Source of the DNA: a bacterium
Lineage (GTDB): Bacteria > Bdellovibrionota > UBA2428
NCBI GenBank assembly: GCA_009991595.1
Contig: JAACVK010000022.1
Span: forward strand, 14,965 to 78,964
Length of the DNA stretch: 64,000 nucleotides
Direction of reading: 5' to 3'
A program made the position numbers and the translations under genes. Below, piece after piece: positions 58,186 through 64,000 of the stretch. The notes under the pieces were generated by a model. The model searched no databases, was not told the DNA's origin, and saw only the letters and a program-made list of their open reading frames with translations. How positions within the stretch are numbered: the stretch's first letter is position 1; each line of letters starts with the position of its first letter.

Positions 58186-59319
58186 TTAAAGTCTCATTGG
58201 CATAACAACAATTCTATATCCTGGATCTTCACTACTCTTCAACAAGGCGGGTTGAAGTTTTTCACCCAGTTCAATTTCAACTTCCTCACCGTGAAGATTG
58301 TTAAGAGCTTCAATGAAAAATCTTACATTGAAGCCTGTTTTAACTTCTTCACCCTCAAAGCGAGCTGAAATTTCATCTTTAGCTTCGCCTAAATCAGGAT
58401 TGTTTGTTGACAGCATAACGCTATCTTTTTTAAAATCAAAAGTTACAACCATTGAACGGTCAGAAACTAAAAGTGCCATTCTTCTTAAACCAATAAGAAG
58501 TTCTTTTCGGTTTGCATACAAACGACTTGGCAAAGCCTTTGGAATTACTCTTTTACAATCTGGGTATTCACTATCAATAGGTCTGATCCAAAGTTTGTTA
58601 CCAGAGACATTTGCTCTAATTAAGTTTTCATCACAAGTAAGTTCAAATTCTTCATCATCACAGCTTTCTAAAAGCTTTCTTAACTCTACAGCACCCTTTT
58701 TAGGGATGATGAGCCCCTTCTTCAAATCGAGATCTCCGATTTCTTCATGTGGTAATTCCATAAGAGCTAATCGATGACCATCTGTTGACGTTGTTTTAAG
58801 AACTTTTTTACCATCCTCACCAACATCTGATTCAAAATAGATACCTGTCAAAGCGTAACGATACTCTTCAGTGCAGATACAATGTTCAGTTTGCTGAAGA
58901 AGCCTTAAGAACATCTTCGTATTCAACTTACCGGTGCTAAGTTGACCTTTTGGCGAAGTTTTAAAATGAGGGAAATTATCAGCAGGTAGTCCTAAAAGTT
59001 TAAAAACACTTTTTCCTGATCTGATTTCTACACGATTGGCATCAATAACTTTGATGAACAAATCTTTTTCGTCATCAGACTCTTTAATGATATCGAACAA
59101 ATTTTTGGCAGGGATTGCGATTCTTCCATCTTGAAGAGTTCTACATGAAACATTTGCACTGACAAAAATTTCTAGATCTGTTGCTGATATTTGTAGAACT
59201 TCTTCTTTTACATCCAACAATGCATGATTCAGGGAAGGCATAGTGTTTCGTCTTTCGACAACACTAAGAGTTTTCTCTAATCCTTTTAGAAGCTCCTTTT
59301 TATCTACATTTATTTCCAT
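58186..59319 (-). CDS. dnaN: DNA polymerase III beta clamp
   Basis: ATDLE, STDGHRL, IIPKK, YPD, GFN, VVMPMRL. Confidence 0.98.
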   Translation of the reverse strand: MEINVDKKELLKGLEKTLSVVERRNTMPSLNHALLDVKEEVLQISATDLEIFVSANVSCRTLQDGRIAIPAKNLFDIIKESDDEKDLFIKVIDANRVEIRSGKSVFKLLGLPADNFPHFKTSPKGQLSTGKLNTKMFLRLLQQTEHCICTEEYRYALTGIYFESDVGEDGKKVLKTTSTDGHRLALMELPHEEIGDLDLKKGLIIPKKGAVELRKLLESCDDEEFELTCDENLIRANVSGNKLWIRPIDSEYPDCKRVIPKALPSRLYANRKELLIGLRRMALLVSDRSMVVTFDFKKDSVMLSTNNPDLGEAKDEISARFEGEEVKTGFNVRFFIEALNNLHGEEVEIELGEKLQPALLKSSEDPGYRIVVMPMRL

Positions 59320-59339
59320 CTTTGACCATCCAAATTGGG

Positions 59340-59582
59340 CATTTGCTCACGATATTACAAGCTTAGTGGCTACATTACTATAAATATTAATAGTTGTTGT
59401 TAATTATAGTTGTCTTGCCGGATATATTGAATAGAGGGACTTAAGTAACTGAAAACAAACATTAATATCTGTGGATAACTCTGTGGATAGGCAAATTGGA
59501 TAACAAGGTGAATAGTGCAATTCATTCATTATCCCCAAGTTATCCACAAAACTATTCATTAGTTATTCACAGGTTGTCCATC
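59340..59582. other. Chromosomal replication origin oriC (dnaA-dnaN intergenic)
   Basis: DnaA boxes TGTGGATAA 59470-78, TGTGGATAG 59482-90, TTATCCCCA 59529-37, TTATCCACA 59540-48, TTATTCACA 59563-71 plus degenerate ones; AT-rich tract ~59370-59470. Confidence 0.85.
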
Positions 59583-60664
59583 AATTGCGAGCGAATTTGA
59601 CCAAGCTGATTCTTAAAAACGGAGTCTTTTTCTTGAAGATTAGAGATAAATTCAGTGCCGTGTAGAATCGTTGTATGGTGTCTGTTACCAAGCGCCTGCC
59701 CTATTGCACTACAACTCATGTTTGAAAGCTCGCGGGCTAAAGACATAACGACCTGTCTGGCTTTGGCTACAGGGGCTTTTCTAGAAGAACCTTTTAAATC
59801 TGATGCTTTAAGTGAGTAATACTGGGCTACAACCGCAATGATATTGTCGATGTTAACGATTCGTCGGTTTTCGCTGATGTAGGATTTGAGAACTTTTTTA
59901 ACTAAATCAGAGGTTATCTCTACATTATAGATGGCGGCATGTGCAGCAAGTTTAGTGAGGCAACCTTCAAGTTCGCGCACGTTCGCTTTAACATAGTTAC
60001 CTATTAGGTAGGCGACTTCATCTGACAAAGGAATATTGTCTGCTTCAGCTCTAGATTTTAGAATGGCCACTCTAGTTTCAAGTTCAGGAGATTCAATGTC
60101 AGCCACCATTCCCCATTCAAATCGTGAAATGATTCGATCATGAACATCGGCAATTTCTTTTGGATATCGGTCTGAAGTGACGACAATTTGTTTGCCTGAA
60201 TCAAATAACGCGTTGAAAACATTGAAAAACTGGTCTTGAGTTGAGTGAGCTCGGGATAAAAATTGAATGTCATCCATCAATAAAATATCCACACCATTTT
60301 GATATTTTTCCTTTAATTCCGTTAGTTTAACGTCCCTTAAGGCTGAAATTACTTCTTCAATAAAGTGTTGAGTTGAGACGTAACAGACTCTTTTTGCAGG
60401 GTCTACGCTAAGTAGCCGATATCCAATAGCTTTTTGCAGATGAGTTTTTCCTAAACCGGTTTTCCCGACAATGAAAAGTGGGTTGTAAACACCTAATTTA
60501 TTGGCAACCGCCATAGCAGAGGCGTGTGCAAACTGATTGCTTTTGCCTACAACAAAATTTTCAAAGGAGTATTTAGGAGTGAGAACTTCTCCAGATACCG
60601 TTTTGACGAGCTTTTCTGAAGGGCTTTCGAGGCTATCTTGTAGCGAATTGAACATTTCTGTCAT
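59567..60664 (-). CDS. dnaA: Chromosomal replication initiator DnaA, lacking domain I (365 aa)
   Basis: YSFENFVVG, YNPLF, GLGKTH, DDIQF, SRFEWG, NVRELEG, HHTTILH; rpmH-dnaA-dnaN synteny. Confidence 0.95.
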   Translation of the reverse strand: MTEMFNSLQDSLESPSEKLVKTVSGEVLTPKYSFENFVVGKSNQFAHASAMAVANKLGVYNPLFIVGKTGLGKTHLQKAIGYRLLSVDPAKRVCYVSTQHFIEEVISALRDVKLTELKEKYQNGVDILLMDDIQFLSRAHSTQDQFFNVFNALFDSGKQIVVTSDRYPKEIADVHDRIISRFEWGMVADIESPELETRVAILKSRAEADNIPLSDEVAYLIGNYVKANVRELEGCLTKLAAHAAIYNVEITSDLVKKVLKSYISENRRIVNIDNIIAVVAQYYSLKASDLKGSSRKAPVAKARQVVMSLARELSNMSCSAIGQALGNRHHTTILHGTEFISNLQEKDSVFKNQLGQIRSQLMDNL

Positions 60665-60731
60665 TATTTTCCTAACCTTTGAGTTCTTTGTTGAAAAGCA
60701 TCCACTAGTTGTGGAATAACCCTTAGCCTAT

Positions 60732-60893
60732 ATGAAACGCACATATCAACCGAGTCGTTCAAAAAGAAAACGTGAGCATGGCTTCCTAAAAAGAATGGCC
60801 AGTCCAGGCGGACGAAAGGTGCTTAGCGCCCGACGTCGAAAAGGTCGCAAGAGGCTTACTGTAAGCGTTTCTTCTAAGACTCGAGTAGTTTAA
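60732..60893 (+). CDS. rpmH: 50S ribosomal protein L34 (53 aa, not in ORF track)
   Basis: Manual translation [53 protein letters not shown]. Confidence 0.98.
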   Translation: MKRTYQPSRSKRKREHGFLKRMASPGGRKVLSARRRKGRKRLTVSVSSKTRVV

Positions 60894-61208
60894 ATGAATG
60901 AATACAGGCGCTTTCGACCTACGGGTCGGGGAGTTAGGAAAAGCGGTGTAGTGGTTTGCCCAATTGAGTTTGGTAGCCAGCACCGTCATATGAGACCTCT
61001 CATTGTTTCTATCCCAAGAACCTGTGGCAACTCAGTAAAAAGAAATCGATTGAAGAGAATCTTGAAACATTCTTTGAAGACCTACCTAGGTTCTCTTCCA
61101 GAAGGTAAAGGTCTATGGATACGACTATTACGCCAGCACAAAATTCAAAATCCAGTTACTCCACAGTATTGGAATCGAGTTTTAGAGCAGGCAAATTTAA
61201 GCAATTAG
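60894..61208 (+). CDS. rnpA: Ribonuclease P protein component (divergent)
   Basis: RNR motif GNSVKRNRLKR; directly follows rpmH. Confidence 0.8.
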   Translation: MNEYRRFRPTGRGVRKSGVVVCPIEFGSQHRHMRPLIVSIPRTCGNSVKRNRLKRILKHSLKTYLGSLPEGKGLWIRLLRQHKIQNPVTPQYWNRVLEQANLSN

Positions 61209-61456
61209 TTTTAGACGGATTACATTTATTTTATAAGGTTTTTGTCTTACCGTTTTTGATTGCCATCTCGGGCAATCAAACGCACAGCTGTCGTTTTCAT
61301 CCTACGTGTTCTGTTTATGCAAAAGATTGTATGAAAAATACGAATTTTATTTTTGCGGTTTTTTTAATTACTTGGAGACTGTTGCGTTGTAACCCATTGT
61401 TTCCATCTACTAAATACTTTGACGATGCTCCACAAATGAGAGGTTCTCACCGATGA
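61115..61456 (+). CDS. yidD: Membrane protein insertion efficiency factor YidD (start uncertain)
   Basis: CRFHPTCSVYA and RLLRCNP motifs; between rnpA and yidC. Confidence 0.88.
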   Translation: MDTTITPAQNSKSSYSTVLESSFRAGKFKQLVLDGLHLFYKVFVLPFLIAISGNQTHSCRFHPTCSVYAKDCMKNTNFIFAVFLITWRLLRCNPLFPSTKYFDDAPQMRGSHR

Positions 61457-63084
61457 AAAGAAACTGGTCTATAATTATTGCTTTGATTGCTTTATTGATT
61501 GCTTATGATCTTTTTATATTGCGACCGTATAATCAAAAGCTTGCAGCTCAAAAACAAACCGAGAAAGCTGTTGAACAGAAATCAGATACAACGAATAACC
61601 TTAGCGCAATTCAAAATGAAACAACCAAAGCAGAAGCTTCTTCTGACAATGTTTCAATGAATGTTGTTACAAACGAAATTAATGAATTGAAAGAAGTAGA
61701 AACCTTGTCTCTCGGCTCAAAGAGACAAGTCCGACTTATGTCTAACGGAACATTGGTCAACGCTACATTTAATGATTATTTTCAACGAGGAACTGCAGAA
61801 AAGATCCCCGTTGAGATTTTAAAAGATGGTTTGTCTTGGAGTTCTACCAACCCAGCCGTTCAGAAGTGTTTAAGCAGTCTAAACTATAAAGGTAATTTAA
61901 CTTTTAGTGGCCGTTTCGAAGGCATCACCTGCTCCCTTCAGTATCAACAGGCTTCCGAACAGGAAGGCGTTTATTCGTCGTCTCTTTCTCTTTCTGGAAT
62001 CAAGTCTTTTGAAGGGACCGTATTTTGGCAGCAAGTCGCCCGATTAGGCGAAGGCAATCGTTTTGATTTCAAAATTTTAGATTTTAAGTTAGATGGAGAA
62101 ACAGATGATTTACAGGGCGATAAAGTTTTTGAGACAAAAGTTTTCAAAGGAAAATTAGATTGGTCTTCTTGGGGCGATAAATATTTTACGACGATTGTTT
62201 TACCTAAGGGTAAGTTTAATCCAGACCTAGCAGTTACTCCCATTGATGGAGAGGCTGTCGCTGAAGGCCAAAGGCGTTTTAGAATTGCATATCAATATCC
62301 GCTTGTTGATTTGGGCGAGCAAACCATGGTTTTTGAGTCTGATCTTTATATCGGCACAAAAGACATTTCTGTTTTGAAGAGTATTCGCAAAGACCTAGTA
62401 GACGCTGTGGAAATGGGTTGGTTTTCGGCAGTGGGCCGCTTTATGCTTTGGTGCTTAGAAGAACTTAACCTTTTGTTTAAGAATTTTGGCTGGTCTATTA
62501 TTGCTCTAACCGTTTTAGTTCGCCTAGTCTTTTGGCCATTAAATAGAAAAGTTTTCGAATCTGGGCAAAAAATGAAGGATATTCAGCCCAAAATCGAAGC
62601 TTTAAGGAAGAAATATGGCAAAGATCGAGCGCAAATGGAGCAGTTGAATAGAGAAATGATGGGCCTCTATAAAACTGAAAAGGTGAACCCAATGGGTTCC
62701 TGCATGCCTCTTTTACTTCAAATGCCTATATTTATTGGCCTTTATGGGTCGCTCTCAAATGCTATTGATCTTTACCAGGCCCCATTTGTTTGGTGGATTG
62801 AAGATTTATCCTATAAAGATCCGTTTTACGTTTTGCCGATCCTTTGGACGGCTTCTTTGCTGTTGATGATGAAATTCACTCCACAGCCAACAATGAATCA
62901 ACCGGGAATGCCGGACATGAAAAAAGTAATGTTCGTTATGTATTTTGTCTTTGGTTTTATGGCTAAAGACTGGCCGTCGGGACTATGTCTGTATCTTGTT
63001 GTAAGTAGTTTTTTAGGTACGTTCCAGCAGTTCTTGTTCCGACGATCACAAACTAATCTTCAAACTGTTCAAGAAGGAGCATAA
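61453..63084 (+). CDS. yidC: Membrane protein insertase YidC
   Basis: N-terminal TM, periplasmic domain (DKYF), NFGWSII..VR, NPMGSCMPLLLQMPIF, DPFYVLP. Confidence 0.96.
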   Translation: MKRNWSIIIALIALLIAYDLFILRPYNQKLAAQKQTEKAVEQKSDTTNNLSAIQNETTKAEASSDNVSMNVVTNEINELKEVETLSLGSKRQVRLMSNGTLVNATFNDYFQRGTAEKIPVEILKDGLSWSSTNPAVQKCLSSLNYKGNLTFSGRFEGITCSLQYQQASEQEGVYSSSLSLSGIKSFEGTVFWQQVARLGEGNRFDFKILDFKLDGETDDLQGDKVFETKVFKGKLDWSSWGDKYFTTIVLPKGKFNPDLAVTPIDGEAVAEGQRRFRIAYQYPLVDLGEQTMVFESDLYIGTKDISVLKSIRKDLVDAVEMGWFSAVGRFMLWCLEELNLLFKNFGWSIIALTVLVRLVFWPLNRKVFESGQKMKDIQPKIEALRKKYGKDRAQMEQLNREMMGLYKTEKVNPMGSCMPLLLQMPIFIGLYGSLSNAIDLYQAPFVWWIEDLSYKDPFYVLPILWTASLLLMMKFTPQPTMNQPGMPDMKKVMFVMYFVFGFMAKDWPSGLCLYLVVSSFLGTFQQFLFRRSQTNLQTVQEGA

Positions 63085-63088
63085 ATAT

Positions 63089-63988
63089 ATGTCAAGAATT
63101 GTAAAATCTGCCCTCAATCTATTTGGTATTAAATCTCAAAAGGAAGTTAAGGGAGCTACTTTAGATGGCTTTTTAGAGGAACTTCCAGCGTTGATCGGCT
63201 ACGACATCGAATTTAAGCCAGAGGACCGTGATGATGTCCTCGCCCATTTTGAAATCGTTGGTGAGGAAGCTGAAGAGTTTTTAACTAAGAATTCAAATAT
63301 GCTTGAAGCGCTATCTCATATTAGTATGAGGATTTTAAGGCGTCAGGCAGGAGTTGCAAATGCTGCCTTGGAAGACGAAAAAGACGTGAAAAACTTTAGA
63401 GTAACTTTTGACTCTGATGGTTTCCGAGAAAAGAAAATTGTTAATCTAAAAGATATGGCCGAACGCGCTCGGCAAAAGGTAATTGATGCTGGCGGCAAGC
63501 CATCCTACCTTCCAGCGTTGAGCCCATCTGAAAGAAAAGTTATTCACACACACCTAGCTGACCTTGGTGAAGTCACCAGTGAAAGTATTGGTAAAGGAAC
63601 CTTTAAACGAATTAGAGTGAAGCTTGTTGCTGACTCTAAGCACAGACAAAAACGAGAGGATGGACCACGCAATGATCGTGGCCCTCGAAATGACCGTGGC
63701 CCTCGGGGCGGTGGCGATCGTAACAATAATAATAGAGGTGGCCGTGGCGGACGTAACAACGGACCAAGAAGAGAAAAGCAAGAGCGAGTTAACTTTCCAA
63801 GCGATGTTCAGCCAAACCACTCAAGCGGAGGGTTTAGTTTTGTGAATGATCCATTTGGTGTGTCTGACAATAAGCCCGAAGTAAACGGTAACGTCGCAGC
63901 ACCTATTAAAAAAGAACGAGTAATCGACGACAATATTGGAAATAGACTTGCACCAGGAGAAGATCGTTTCGACCCTCAAGAAGATTAA
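63089..63988 (+). CDS. jag: Jag/EloR-family R3H RNA-binding protein with RGG tail
   Basis: ERKVIH R3H motif, SESIG..KRI; follows yidC. Confidence 0.8.
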   Translation: MSRIVKSALNLFGIKSQKEVKGATLDGFLEELPALIGYDIEFKPEDRDDVLAHFEIVGEEAEEFLTKNSNMLEALSHISMRILRRQAGVANAALEDEKDVKNFRVTFDSDGFREKKIVNLKDMAERARQKVIDAGGKPSYLPALSPSERKVIHTHLADLGEVTSESIGKGTFKRIRVKLVADSKHRQKREDGPRNDRGPRNDRGPRGGGDRNNNNRGGRGGRNNGPRREKQERVNFPSDVQPNHSSGGFSFVNDPFGVSDNKPEVNGNVAAPIKKERVIDDNIGNRLAPGEDRFDPQED

Positions 63989-64000
63989 ATGAGTGAAAAG
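63989..64000 (+). CDS. Start of next gene (MSEK...), possibly mnmE by synteny only
   Basis: ATG immediately after the jag stop; only 4 codons visible. Confidence 0.25.

Noticed and set aside
63662-63706. 18-bp tandem repeat as a CRISPR-like or contingency repeat
   Set aside because: In-frame, synonymously diverged copies encoding GPRNDR in the Jag tail; no spacers or cas genes.

Overview
Core chromosomal region spanning the replication origin of a compact bacterial genome. It is most likely Bdellovibrionota/Oligoflexia or a related delta-like lineage, inferred from oriC lying between dnaA and dnaN, the split hemL-atpZ-atpI-atpB-atpE F0 cluster, a c-subunit with a signal peptide, a GYF-TPR protein and sigma28-type promoters. 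From left to right: NitT/TauT ABC genes, thyA-folA, two large secreted orphans, motAB, rmuC and small genes. Next is a ~22 kb minus-strand run (17 nuo genes, GYF-TPR, serS, tadA, tRNA-Arg(ACG)). Then come gpsA-mfd-two PPIases-PMM-uvrA, psd, the F0 genes, hemL, gyrA/gyrB/recF/dnaN, oriC, dnaA and rpmH-rnpA-yidD-yidC-jag. Main observations: (1) The complex I locus has two complete, divergent membrane arms in tandem (A-H-J-K-L-M-N, then A-C-E-F-H-J-K-L-M-N), and nuoB/D/G/I are cleanly absent. (2) The first NuoL carries a ~27-aa tandem duplication in its lateral helix, the hallmark of complexes with an extra proton-pumping subunit, although only one nuoM is adjacent. (3) DnaA has no domain I. (4) A 111-nt hairpin built on tandem G-A mismatches abuts the tRNA CCA end. 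(5) UvrA lacks its insertion domain. No CRISPR array, rRNA, integrase or transposase was seen. All calls come from motif recognition by eye; no database searches were run.
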